Below, piece by piece: positions 8,628 to 18,370 of a DNA stretch of 64,000 bases. A program made the translations under genes and the position numbers. The number at the start of each line of letters is the position of its first letter. The stretch's first letter is position 1. Source of the DNA: a virus. The stretch spans positions 32,001 through 96,000 of IMG/VR virus record IMGVR_UViG_3300025645_000042; one strand, written 5' to 3'. The notes beneath the pieces are model-generated. The model searched no databases. It had not been told where the DNA came from and saw nothing but the letters and a program-made list of their open reading frames with translations.

Positions 8628-8966
8628 TTAATCTGCTATTAAAACTAAATTATAATCTCTAACGACTTTCCCTAGAATAACTTTTACTTTATCAATTATA
8701 TCATCGATTTGTGTTCCATCGTTTTTACCAGTCATGAAAAATCTTTCCCATAACCAACCTCTAAGTTCACTAAGGTTATCAAAATCACTAATAATTTTTT
8801 TCTGTTTCTTAGGGTTACTAAGTAAAAAATTTGAATAGTTAGAAATGTTAACACTAGGTTGTAATTCAACATAGCTGTATTTTAAGTTGGGTTCATATTC
8901 TGTCTTTACCCATACTTCAACTTCAAATAATGTTTTATTGTCTTTATCTCTTAAGTAAAATATCAT
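8628..8966 (-). CDS. hypothetical protein
   Basis: 112 aa ORF in operon. Confidence 0.7.
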   Translation of the reverse strand: MIFYLRDKDNKTLFEVEVWVKTEYEPNLKYSYVELQPSVNISNYSNFLLSNPKKQKKIISDFDNLSELRGWLWERFFMTGKNDGTQIDDIIDKVKVILGKVVRDYNLVLIAD

Positions 8967-9403
8967 TCTTCTTCTAAAAATTTATCTTGATGTTTCATAA
9001 AATTCAATAATAATTTGATTATATTTTCAGCACCAGATGGATTAGCACTATGTACTGACCACAGTGGTAATTCTTTATTATAATCTAAACAATAATCAAC
9101 TAACCATTTGGCCGCATCCATTCCAGTTTTCTCTTGGAAGTCTTGTTCTTTGGACCAATCATTATAATCACCATATCTCTCTTCTGGAGCGTAGTGTTCA
9201 TCGGCTAAGTCATGGTCAAACGAAATCTTATGTGGTAATCCGTTGTGAATTATCCATTGTTCGAATTCTTCAAAGGTTTTAACCCAAATTACTACATCCA
9301 TATTCATTCTATCGGCAACAAATTCAGGGCAGAATTTATCTAAGAAAGAATTATATTTTGGACTACGATAATCATCGAGCCATAATAGCGTTTTAATCTT
9401 CAT
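8963..9403 (-). CDS. receiver-like domain protein (cyclic-phosphate-processing receiver family)
   Basis: LWLDDYR, ISFDHDL, TGMDAAKWL, VHSANPSG motifs. Confidence 0.7.
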   Translation of the reverse strand: MKIKTLLWLDDYRSPKYNSFLDKFCPEFVADRMNMDVVIWVKTFEEFEQWIIHNGLPHKISFDHDLADEHYAPEERYGDYNDWSKEQDFQEKTGMDAAKWLVDYCLDYNKELPLWSVHSANPSGAENIIKLLLNFMKHQDKFLEEE

Positions 9404-9605
9404 TTACAATCCATCTATTTAATAACTTCCCTTCCATAGTTGGAAAGAAATCTGTTGAACCCATATCAGATATTGGTATTTCAAATGTTACTATCGCACC
9501 ATCATCTAACATAGTTGTATAATAAGCAACTCCAACTCTAATCATAGTTAAATTTGCTATTGGTTTTTGCTTGTATAAAGCTTTTTTAATTTCTGTTGTT
9601 GTCAT
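9393..9605 (-). CDS. hypothetical protein
   Basis: 70 aa ORF in operon. Confidence 0.7.
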   Translation of the reverse strand: MTTTEIKKALYKQKPIANLTMIRVGVAYYTTMLDDGAIVTFEIPISDMGSTDFFPTMEGKLLNRWIVNED

Positions 9606-9606
9606 T

Positions 9607-9796
9607 TTATTTTTTTTTACCTACACATTTAACATATGTTACTTCAGAACTTCCATAATCGTCATAACCATAATAAACAGTACTTACATTGAAGTATACA
9701 TTTTCAATATTATACTTATCACTAAAATGTTTTATAATGATTTTTTCAGCTTCTTTGGGGGGTTAACTCAATTTCTATTTCTTCTTTAATTTTCAT
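9607..9796 (-). pseudogene. small protein broken by one extra C in a C6 run (9757-9762)
   Basis: removing one C gives a 62-aa ORF MKIKEEIEIELTPKEAEKIIIKHF...KCVGKKK that fills the operon gap. Confidence 0.6.
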
Positions 9797-9820
9797 TTTG
9801 TTTTTGGGTTAAATCTTGAC

Positions 9821-9949
9821 TTACCCTCTAATGTATTTCATTTTTGATGGTACACCATCTTGATATTCAGTAAGTTTAATTTTAGAATTATTCTTACGTT
9901 TTAAAGTTTGATACCAATCTAAAGTAATTTCTATTGTTGTTTTATTCAT
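9821..9949 (-). CDS. small hypothetical protein (42 aa, not in ORF track)
   Basis: read by hand MNKTTIEITLDW...KYIRG. Confidence 0.5.
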   Translation of the reverse strand: MNKTTIEITLDWYQTLKRKNNSKIKLTEYQDGVPSKMKYIRG

Positions 9950-9950
9950 A

Positions 9951-10088
9951 TTATTTTATATAATGTCTTACTGCTATGTCGTTATTACCACCATCTTCCC
10001 AAGCAATAATATAAAATCTACTTTTTTCTGTATCGTAGTAAACGTTATTATCTCTATCGGCAATCATTCCTTTTGGTAAATTTTTCAT
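9951..10088 (-). CDS. small hypothetical protein (45 aa, not in ORF track)
   Basis: read by hand MKNLPKG...VRHYIK; ATGA overlap with upstream gene. Confidence 0.55.
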   Translation of the reverse strand: MKNLPKGMIADRDNNVYYDTEKSRFYIIAWEDGGNNDIAVRHYIK

Positions 10089-10267
10089 ATTTCGTCTTCG
10101 TCTTTAATTTCTCTTATTGCTACCATTGCTAAATTAGTCATAGCTTTAGCCATATCAATAATACTGTTTCTTGAGCTATCATAATTTAAAACATACTTAT
10201 CCTTAACCAAACTAGGGTTAGATAATAACCCTTTAATAAGTTCTACAAATACTTTATCTCTGTCCAT
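10085..10267 (-). CDS. hypothetical protein
   Basis: 60 aa ORF; TATGTTTG promoter element at 10290-10283. Confidence 0.65.
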   Translation of the reverse strand: MDRDKVFVELIKGLLSNPSLVKDKYVLNYDSSRNSIIDMAKAMTNLAMVAIREIKDEDEI

Positions 10268-10316
10268 TAATTATATTTAGAACAAACATACAGAAAATAA
10301 TTTAAAAAAACAAGTT

Positions 10317-11723
10317 TTAATGTCCTCTATTTGAAATTAAATAATTGGGGGAGATTCTTTGGAAACCCATCTTGTTCCAGAATTCGATTGATTCTGGTTT
10401 TGGGGCCACGATAATTGAGTTTATTTCATTGAATAGTTGCCATAAACCATTTAAAGCTTCTTTCATTATATGTAGTTCTTCATATCCTTCTTTGAATTTC
10501 ATATCTACAAGTTCCAGTACTTTATCATCTTTAGGTGAAGATGTTACCACGATAATACCAGCATTTCTATCATTAAACTCAACTAATATAGAAATTGTGT
10601 CAGGTGTTTCATCAGTTATCATTAAATCCACCTTTTCTTTAATAAGTTTTTTTATGATTAATTTAGTTTCATCTAAACTCTTTTCCATTTTAGCCAATCC
10701 TTCATAATATTTAGGGTTCTCAAAAATATGGTCTTTAGCTATTTCATAAGCAACATCCTTATCAGATGTATGTTCTAATTCAACCTTAACACCCTTTGTT
10801 ATTGCTTTATTGATTACATCAATTGAAACGTCATGTTTCTTAGCAATATCTTCAACTGATTTAGTGTCAGCTAAACCACCTGGTATTTTATCACTTTTAG
10901 GGTCAAAAACTTTGCTACCATATTTTTTATCACTTTCAGAAATGCCTTTACGCCTATTTAATTCTTTTTTAACTCTTTGAATGGATTCTTCATTCCCTTC
11001 ATATCTTGATAAATTAACAATCATATCAGTTAAAGCATCATTTGAATATTCTTCAAATGATTCGTCTAAATTTTTATTATTCTCATTCATATTTAATACT
11101 TTTATATTTTTTGGGTCGAATACCATTCTAACTGTTGATTTTATTGAGCCACCTTCATAAGAATCCAAGACTCCTACTACATCCACATAATCAAATCCAA
11201 ACCATTCACCCAGAACTGCAACCACATCAGTTTTAAGACCACTGTCAGACTTTTGGTAGTATGCAAATTTTTTAATTGCTTCATCAATATCATTTTGAGA
11301 AATACCTGAGTTTATAAAACCACGTCTAACCTTATCAGTACTAATAAATCTAAATCTATCACCAGTTGCTACAATTGTAACTACATTACCATCAGCAACA
11401 TTAACCTTTAATAATTTTGGTTTTGTATTTTGGTAATCAAAAGCCCTTCTATCATCAGCATATGTTCTAGCTACAGAATTAATATTGGATAGGAAGATTG
11501 GTTTTCTCATGTCAAATTTAGCTTTGAACTTAGACATAATATCCAAATACTTCCAATAAGCCTTATCGTCCCCAGCTTCCCTACTTTGTTTTAATTTAGT
11601 TTGAATATCATAATATCCATCTAAATCATTAATATAATCAACAGAAATATTTCTAGCTGTGAAACCACCTTCTTTTTCCAACTCCCTTACATCGGGTGTT
11701 CCATGATACCAAACACTACTCAT
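10317..11723 (-). CDS. multidomain late protein: ADP-ribosyltransferase-fold N-terminus, DUF5661-like middle, GNAT-like C-terminus
   Basis: WYHGT...IFLS..VARTYA...VFDPKNIK; GVKVELEHT...IAKDHIFENPKYY; C-terminal FWNKMGF. Confidence 0.55.
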   Translation of the reverse strand: MSSVWYHGTPDVRELEKEGGFTARNISVDYINDLDGYYDIQTKLKQSREAGDDKAYWKYLDIMSKFKAKFDMRKPIFLSNINSVARTYADDRRAFDYQNTKPKLLKVNVADGNVVTIVATGDRFRFISTDKVRRGFINSGISQNDIDEAIKKFAYYQKSDSGLKTDVVAVLGEWFGFDYVDVVGVLDSYEGGSIKSTVRMVFDPKNIKVLNMNENNKNLDESFEEYSNDALTDMIVNLSRYEGNEESIQRVKKELNRRKGISESDKKYGSKVFDPKSDKIPGGLADTKSVEDIAKKHDVSIDVINKAITKGVKVELEHTSDKDVAYEIAKDHIFENPKYYEGLAKMEKSLDETKLIIKKLIKEKVDLMITDETPDTISILVEFNDRNAGIIVVTSSPKDDKVLELVDMKFKEGYEELHIMKEALNGLWQLFNEINSIIVAPKPESIEFWNKMGFQRISPNYLISNRGH

Positions 11724-11725
11724 TT

Positions 11726-12430
11726 TTAATATGCTATTTTAGCCCATCTTGCTCTACCACTCATAATACTATCTTCTAGAATAACAAATGGTTGTTCTTT
11801 TAATATAACATCACCGTTACGTGTTTGATTATTGTATGCGCTATTTCCGATAACACCATTTCTAATACTACGTGCTGAATTACCTTTCCAAAGTCCGAAT
11901 TCTCTACTGATTGGTGATATTAACATATTACCATTTGATTCTTCAATTTGTACATACCCAGTATTTTGTAATAAACTTTTTATTTTATCCACCACATTAT
12001 CACTCATACCTTTAATTTTAACATAATCAGTGTATGATTCAATAGTATTTTCTCTCATGGCATATTCCCAAAGGTCATCAGTTTGATTAAGAGTTATTTG
12101 TCTAATTGAGTCGTATTTGGTTTTAAATAATTCTAATTTATTTTTTTCACCTTGAAGGTTTTCTTCTGAGATTTTTAAATCATCAACAAGACCTTCGGCA
12201 ACTATTCTAAGGCTATCAGCTAATACTAATGAAATTTGTTTCTCAACCAAAGCCAATTCCTTAGCTTCTTTTTCTTGTACAGCTTCAGCTTTAGCTGCTA
12301 AGGCATTAAATGATGCGTAAAATGAAACGGCAACTAGTATTGATACAATACCCCATAAGATATTATTTATCATTCTACTTTTTTTAGCATTTCTATTATT
12401 TTCTCTAATTAATTCTTTAATATCGCTCAT
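11726..12430 (-). CDS. membrane-anchored coiled-coil protein
   Basis: N-terminal TM helix then a heptad-rich region. Confidence 0.65.
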   Translation of the reverse strand: MSDIKELIRENNRNAKKSRMINNILWGIVSILVAVSFYASFNALAAKAEAVQEKEAKELALVEKQISLVLADSLRIVAEGLVDDLKISEENLQGEKNKLELFKTKYDSIRQITLNQTDDLWEYAMRENTIESYTDYVKIKGMSDNVVDKIKSLLQNTGYVQIEESNGNMLISPISREFGLWKGNSARSIRNGVIGNSAYNNQTRNGDVILKEQPFVILEDSIMSGRARWAKIAY

Positions 12431-12438
12431 AATAACTT

Positions 12439-12849
12439 TTAAGTATTAATATAAATAGCTAATTCCTCTTCAAGGTCTATTATATCGGTTTCTGAATTAG
12501 GAACAATTGCATGTTCCATTCTTTTTATTGATTTATCAAAAATTCTCAACCCTTGTAATTTCTTTTTGGTTGTTTTAGAATGATTGAAGGATTTTGTTAT
12601 AAATGCAACAGGTAATGTTTCACCAACAATAGTAGCAAGCCTATTAATAGACTCTGACATGTTTTCTAATTCAGTAAGAAAATCAGGTTTTATTATAATG
12701 ATACCAGCCATTAAAATAGCCAATACACCGCCAACAATCATTTGTATTTTTTGATTGCCAATTTGCGCTTCAAGTTCATCTTTATAAAACTCAAGGTCAT
12801 CCTTAAATTCTTCTATTAATATATGTTGTTTTGGTGTTAGGTTTGACAT
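12439..12849 (-). CDS. membrane protein
   Basis: hydrophobic helix IVGGVLAILMAGIIII; late motif at 12886-12879. Confidence 0.65.
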   Translation of the reverse strand: MSNLTPKQHILIEEFKDDLEFYKDELEAQIGNQKIQMIVGGVLAILMAGIIIIKPDFLTELENMSESINRLATIVGETLPVAFITKSFNHSKTTKKKLQGLRIFDKSIKRMEHAIVPNSETDIIDLEEELAIYINT

Positions 12850-12888
12850 ATTTTTAAATCTTATCTGTTCTATATATTATAAATATAG

Positions 12889-12915
12889 AAAAAGCACCTA
12901 AAATTAGGTGCTTTT
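12889..12915. terminator. bidirectional intrinsic terminator after clpC
   Basis: AAAAGCACCTAA-AA-TTAGGTGCTTTT. Confidence 0.85.
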
Positions 12916-12925
12916 AAGATTTTTT

Positions 12926-15412
12926 TTATTTCGGATTGACGACTTTCGTCTTTATCCCATCCTTAGAAGTATAAGAAAGTTTAATAGTACCACCTTCTTT
13001 TAGGTTTCCATCCATTACTTCATCCGTTATCGGGTCTTCGATATATTTTTGAATTGCCCTTTTAAGTGGTCTTGCACCATATTCCTTATCATAACCTTCT
13101 TTAGCGACATAATCCATTGCTGTTTTATTCACTTGAAGTTTAAATTTAAGTTCTAGCATTCTATCCTCAACTTTTTTAATCTCATTTTTAATAATTAAAT
13201 TAATATCTTCTTGATGTAAAGAATTAAATATGAGAGTCTCATCAATTCTATTTAAGAATTCAGGTCTAAATTTATCCTTTAAAGCTTTTTTAATAATTGA
13301 TTTAGCACGATTATCTTCATTAACAATAGAGTTTTTAGTTTCATATCCAATACCTTTACCAAAACTACTTAACTCTTTAACACCAATGTTTGATGTCATT
13401 ATAATTATAGTATTTTTGAAATCAATTTTTCTATCATTACTGTCACTTACATAACCTTCATCTAATATTTGTAATAAAATGTTGAAGATATCTGGGTGAG
13501 CTTTCTCGATTTCATCTAAAAGTACCACAGAATAAGGTCTACGTCTAACTTGTTCAGTTAATTTACCACCTTCACCATAACCCACATATCCTGGTGGTGC
13601 TCCAATTAATTTAGTCATTGAGAATTTTTCCATATATTCTGACATATCTACCCTAATAAGAGCTTCTGAGTCACCAAACACATGTTCAGCAATCACTTTG
13701 GCTAAGAATGTTTTACCAACACCAGTTGGACCTAAGAAGATAAATGAACCAATCGGTTTATCTTTATCTCTAATCCCTAATCTACTTCTTCTAATAGCTT
13801 TAGAAATCTTCTCAACTGCTTGTGGTTGACCGATAACAGAATCTTTCATATCATCTTCAAGGTTCATAAGTGAATTACTTTCAACCGAAGTTAGTTTAGT
13901 TAATGGAATTCCAGTCATTACTGAAATTACTCGTTCTACCATTTCAGTGGTAATTTCAGTAAATTTACTTTCATTATCACCATCCCACTTAGTCATCATT
14001 TCTTCTAACTCATATTCTAAACGTTCTCTATCATTTTTAAGTTTAGCTGCATCCTCAAAGTCTTGTTGAAGGATTACCTGTTTCATGGTAGACCTAATTT
14101 TTTCAATTTTATTTTTAGTTTCTTTTATTTTTTTTGGTAATTTAATATCAATGTTAGTAAATGCACCAGTTTCATCAAGAATATCAATAGCTTTATCAGG
14201 CATTGCTCTATCAGAGATGTATCTATCAGCTAATTTAATCATTAAATCAACTACTTCTTCATTATAACTAACTTTATGGTACTTTTCGTAGTTACCTTTA
14301 ATGTTCATCAATATTGTTTTAGTTTCATTTAAAGATGGTTCTCTAATTAATACTTCTTGAAATCTTCTAGTTAATGCACCATCTTTCTCGATGTTTTCTC
14401 TATATTCATCGAAGGTTGTTGCACCAATTACTTGAATCTCACCCCTTGCAAGGGCTGGTTTGAAGATATTTGATGCATCTAACGAACCAGAGGCACCGCC
14501 AGCACCTACTATGGTATGTAATTCATCGATGAATAAAATAACATCTGGGTTATCTGTTAATTCTTCAAGAATAGCTTTCATTCTTTCTTCGAATTGGCCA
14601 CGATATTTAGTACCAGCTACAATAGATGCCAAATCTAGTGAGAATATTCTTTTTCCTAGTAATGGTCTTGGTGCGTCACCACTGTTAATTAAAAGTGCAA
14701 GTCCTTCAACAATTGATGTTTTACCAACACCAGCTTCACCTATTAATACTGGATTATTTTTCTTTCTCCTTGCAAGAATTGAAGTAACTCTTTTGATTTC
14801 ATCACCTCTCCCAACCACTGGGTCAATTCTTTGTTCAGCGGCAGCCTTAGAAATATCTCTACAAAAATTATCTAGAACTTCAGTTGAAGAACCAGTGCGT
14901 TTTTTTTTGGGATTTTGCTTTCTAGGGTTTAAAGGTATATCATCAAAGTTATTCGGCTCTTCAAATTCATTTTTATTTTCTTCTTTTTCCATCATTTCTT
15001 TAAAATTTATATAATTTAGTTTTAGTCTAGTAAATATTATTTGAGCATCACATTTTGTTTTTAATATCGCTAACATTAAATGTTTTTCATTAATGAAAGC
15101 ATCCTTCATAAGGTCTGATTCCCTTTTCATTTGATTTATCATAAACTTACATTCGTCACTTGGTAGTAATTCAGTATTCGAAGAATAAGCTCTGTTGGAA
15201 TTAATTGCATTATTAGTTAGAAGAGAATCAATCTGTTCATATAATGTATCCATGTCAAAGTTACTTATTTTTAGTATTTTTAAAATATCGTTATCTTCGT
15301 GAAGTATAAAAGATAAAACTACATGTTCTGGTCTTAGTTTATTATCTTCATAATCTTTGGCTTGTTCTTTAGCCTTTTTCATTATTTCACTTAACGTTGT
15401 AGTTAATTTCAT
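12926..15412 (-). CDS. clpC: ClpC/ClpB-family AAA+ ATPase (Hsp100)
   Basis: Clp N repeats, GEAGVGKT and GPTGVGKT Walker A, FIDELH Walker B, UVR-type middle domain, GARPLKR. Confidence 0.93.
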   Translation of the reverse strand: MKLTTTLSEIMKKAKEQAKDYEDNKLRPEHVVLSFILHEDNDILKILKISNFDMDTLYEQIDSLLTNNAINSNRAYSSNTELLPSDECKFMINQMKRESDLMKDAFINEKHLMLAILKTKCDAQIIFTRLKLNYINFKEMMEKEENKNEFEEPNNFDDIPLNPRKQNPKKKRTGSSTEVLDNFCRDISKAAAEQRIDPVVGRGDEIKRVTSILARRKKNNPVLIGEAGVGKTSIVEGLALLINSGDAPRPLLGKRIFSLDLASIVAGTKYRGQFEERMKAILEELTDNPDVILFIDELHTIVGAGGASGSLDASNIFKPALARGEIQVIGATTFDEYRENIEKDGALTRRFQEVLIREPSLNETKTILMNIKGNYEKYHKVSYNEEVVDLMIKLADRYISDRAMPDKAIDILDETGAFTNIDIKLPKKIKETKNKIEKIRSTMKQVILQQDFEDAAKLKNDRERLEYELEEMMTKWDGDNESKFTEITTEMVERVISVMTGIPLTKLTSVESNSLMNLEDDMKDSVIGQPQAVEKISKAIRRSRLGIRDKDKPIGSFIFLGPTGVGKTFLAKVIAEHVFGDSEALIRVDMSEYMEKFSMTKLIGAPPGYVGYGEGGKLTEQVRRRPYSVVLLDEIEKAHPDIFNILLQILDEGYVSDSNDRKIDFKNTIIIMTSNIGVKELSSFGKGIGYETKNSIVNEDNRAKSIIKKALKDKFRPEFLNRIDETLIFNSLHQEDINLIIKNEIKKVEDRMLELKFKLQVNKTAMDYVAKEGYDKEYGARPLKRAIQKYIEDPITDEVMDGNLKEGGTIKLSYTSKDGIKTKVVNPK

Positions 15413-15434
15413 ATAATCTATAATATTCTTACAG

Positions 15435-15496
15435 CAAATATACTATAAAATATTTAATAAACAAGTTGTTTTTTCCTTTTTTTTATAGTATATTTG
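15435..15496. promoter_or_regulatory. divergent pair of Bacteroidota-type promoters
   Basis: TATATTTG on minus (15442-15435) and plus (15489-15496) between divergent genes. Confidence 0.6.
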
Positions 15497-15518
15497 TTGT
15501 AAGATAAAAACAAAAGAT

Positions 15519-15938
15519 ATGTTAATTAGAAAACAAGTAACGAATGAAGCTGTAGTGAGTCACTACAATTCATCAAACCTATTGGTGTCAGAGTACGACC
15601 AGTTAAGTAAAGATTTAATCATCACATTTAAAAATGGTGGTGTGTATAAGTATGATAATGTTTCGGCTAGTGATTACATGAGATTTGAAATGGCTGAAAG
15701 TCAAGGTAAAGTCCTTAATTCATTAATTAAACCAAATTACGCCTTTTCTAGGCTTGAGGATGTTGATAGTGAAATTTTAGCTGAGAAAATCAACGCTATT
15801 AAACAAAATAACTTAAAGGATTTTCAAGGTGAGATTAAAGCTGATGCTTTAAAACTTGGGGAAAGTGAAGGGTTTGATTTGGTTTTATTTAAAAGATTAA
15901 TGGACCAAGGAAAAATTTATTTCGAAAAATTAAACTAA
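15519..15938 (+). CDS. KTSC domain protein
   Basis: SSNL...EYD...LIITFKNGGVYKYDNV...AESQGK pattern. Confidence 0.8.
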   Translation: MLIRKQVTNEAVVSHYNSSNLLVSEYDQLSKDLIITFKNGGVYKYDNVSASDYMRFEMAESQGKVLNSLIKPNYAFSRLEDVDSEILAEKINAIKQNNLKDFQGEIKADALKLGESEGFDLVLFKRLMDQGKIYFEKLN

Positions 15939-16333
15939 TGAATACTTGGCACTACCAGTTTCTGGAAGATGAAAAACTACATTATCTCACCGAACTCCAT
16001 CCTGAAGATGGGGTTCTTGGTGAGTATTTTTATGAAGTACATGAATATGATAAATTATTAAAATTTGTTAATGAAAATAAAATTCCAGTATCATTAGAAC
16101 AACCCGTAATGTCGGAAGTTAAAGACCAAAGTGAATGGTTTGCATCTAAATATAAATTAGCTAATGTAGATTTTCAATGTAAAATTAGAATGTATGAAGG
16201 TGATGATAAACTTTTCAAATCTCAATACAGACTTACATTAGATATGATTGAACAGTTACCAGCTGAATCACTAGGTCACATTCTTAAAGATTTATTAACG
16301 CAATTAAAAAAACACGTAAAAGAACATGAGTAA
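15938..16333 (+). CDS. hypothetical protein
   Basis: 131 aa ORF coupled to neighbours. Confidence 0.7.
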   Translation: MNTWHYQFLEDEKLHYLTELHPEDGVLGEYFYEVHEYDKLLKFVNENKIPVSLEQPVMSEVKDQSEWFASKYKLANVDFQCKIRMYEGDDKLFKSQYRLTLDMIEQLPAESLGHILKDLLTQLKKHVKEHE

Positions 16334-16697
16334 AAATGATTGGAAAAAAGGGAAAGCTGAATCTGCAATGATTGAGCATGAAAAACAACAAATGAAAAAG
16401 TTTGTTGAAGAGTTCAAAAAGAAAAGAGCTGAAGAAAAAGAAATCACTATGGAGACATATGATGATAAAGAGGATGTTAATTGGGCTAAATATAAAATCG
16501 TGGTTCCAACAGAAGCTGATAAAAAAAGTTTAGAATTGGCATTTGAACATCTACATTACACTGACTGTGATACGAATTATGTTCCCGTTAATCAACTTAT
16601 TCACGAATATTTAACTGAGGAAATAACAGGTGACCCAAAAACTAAAAATAATATAATCGTAGACTCAGAATTATATCAAAAATTATATGAGAAATAG
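16326..16697 (+). CDS. hypothetical protein
   Basis: 123 aa ORF overlapping the thyA start. Confidence 0.7.
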   Translation: MSKNDWKKGKAESAMIEHEKQQMKKFVEEFKKKRAEEKEITMETYDDKEDVNWAKYKIVVPTEADKKSLELAFEHLHYTDCDTNYVPVNQLIHEYLTEEITGDPKTKNNIIVDSELYQKLYEK

Positions 16698-17784
16698 TAT
16701 AGATAAAAAATATACAGACCTACAACAAGACATTATAGATAATGGTGTTAGTAAAGGTGATAGAACGGGTACTGGTACCATTTCTGTCTTTGGAAGACAA
16801 TTAAGACATGATATGTCAGAAGGGTTTCCATTATTAACCACAAAGAAGATGGCTTGGAAGTCCATGGTAGTTGAATTACTATGGTTTCTACGTGGTGAAA
16901 CTAACATCAAATGGTTAGTAGACCGTGGTTGTAATATTTGGAATGGGGATGCGTATAAGAGATATGCATCTGAAATGGAACGTGGAAAACATGGTGCATG
17001 GTTTGATAAAAAACGATTCATTGAAGAGATTAAAACCAATGATACGTTTGCTGAACAGTGGGGGGATTTAGGTCCTATCTATGGTAAACAATGGAGAAAT
17101 TGGTTATATTATAGTGAAGGTTTAAAATTTAGTGACACTGATATTGATTATCATGTTGAGTCTGTCGATGGTGAAGATGGTTATGGTGAACTTAGAGTGG
17201 TTGACCAAATCAAAAATTCGATAGAGTTACTAAAAATCGACCCAGATTCAAGAAGAAACATTGTTTCAGCTTGGAATGTAGGTGATTTAGATAAAATGAC
17301 TTTACCACCATGCCATAACTTCTTTCAATTTTGGACTAGAGATTTAACTTATGATGAATTTACAAATTATTATTCACACGAATTGTGGCAAGACATAGCT
17401 TGTTATTGTCCTAAAGGTAAAAGTTTTAATCAATATGCACAAGAAGGTGGGTTTAAAACTAAAGGAATATCTTTAATGTGGAATCAACGTTCAGTAGATA
17501 CATTTTTAGGTTTACCATTTAATATTGCCTCATATGCTTTATTATTGGAAATAATAGCTAAAGAAGTTAACATGGTACCATTAGAAATAATTGGTAATTT
17601 GGGTGATACACATTTATATAACAACCATATTGACCAAGCTAAAGAACAAATAGGAAGGGTGGGTTTTGAATTACCAAAAGTAAATATAAAACCTTTTGAA
17701 ACCATTGAAGAATTGACGTTAGACCACTTTGAATTGATTGGTTATAAATCACACCCAAGAATAAAAGCACCATTATCAAATTAA
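16687..17784 (+). CDS. thyA: thymidylate synthase
   Basis: DRTGTGT, FPLLTTK, LGPIYGKQWR, LPPCH, QRSVD, GLPFNIASY, DTHLY. Confidence 0.97.
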   Translation: MRNSIDKKYTDLQQDIIDNGVSKGDRTGTGTISVFGRQLRHDMSEGFPLLTTKKMAWKSMVVELLWFLRGETNIKWLVDRGCNIWNGDAYKRYASEMERGKHGAWFDKKRFIEEIKTNDTFAEQWGDLGPIYGKQWRNWLYYSEGLKFSDTDIDYHVESVDGEDGYGELRVVDQIKNSIELLKIDPDSRRNIVSAWNVGDLDKMTLPPCHNFFQFWTRDLTYDEFTNYYSHELWQDIACYCPKGKSFNQYAQEGGFKTKGISLMWNQRSVDTFLGLPFNIASYALLLEIIAKEVNMVPLEIIGNLGDTHLYNNHIDQAKEQIGRVGFELPKVNIKPFETIEELTLDHFELIGYKSHPRIKAPLSN

Positions 17785-17851
17785 AAACAAAAACTATGGG
17801 TTGGTATATGAAAGTTAGGTTTTTCATATTTATAATAAAAACAGTTTTATT

Positions 17852-18319
17852 ATGAGCGAATTATTATTAAAAATGCCAATACCTTATGAGCCAAAATTAT
17901 CTAATAGATGGTTAGTTAGGTTTAAGGGTGATTATAAAGGTGTACCAGTTTGGGCTATATCTAAAACATCTAGACCTAAATGGAGTGCTAGTGGAGATAC
18001 AACAAATATAAATAACGCTAATAGTTATTCTATAATGTCAAAAGGTAGATGGGAAAATATTGAGATTAATCTACGTGATATTATAGGTTCACCAACTTCT
18101 AAAATTTTATTTAATGCTTGCAGATTAGCGGGTAAAGGTGGTAAAGCTAAAGTTAAATATGATTTGGAAATATTGGATGCAAGTGGAGTTACAGTTGAAA
18201 AATGGAATATTAAAGGTATTGTTGAAACGTTTGATTTTGGCGATTTAGAATATTCAAATGATTCAATACTTGAAATAAAATTAAATATTAGACCAACAAA
18301 AGTTATATTAGAATACTAA
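17852..18319 (+). CDS. T4 gp19-like tail tube paralog
   Basis: PYEPKLSNRWLVRF, WENIEINLRD, VEKWNIKG, DFGDLEYS pattern; late motif at 17826-17833. Confidence 0.65.
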   Translation: MSELLLKMPIPYEPKLSNRWLVRFKGDYKGVPVWAISKTSRPKWSASGDTTNINNANSYSIMSKGRWENIEINLRDIIGSPTSKILFNACRLAGKGGKAKVKYDLEILDASGVTVEKWNIKGIVETFDFGDLEYSNDSILEIKLNIRPTKVILEY

Positions 18320-18370
18320 TAACGGTTTTTTTATCTTTTTTTATATATTTATATAAGAAAAGGTACAATT

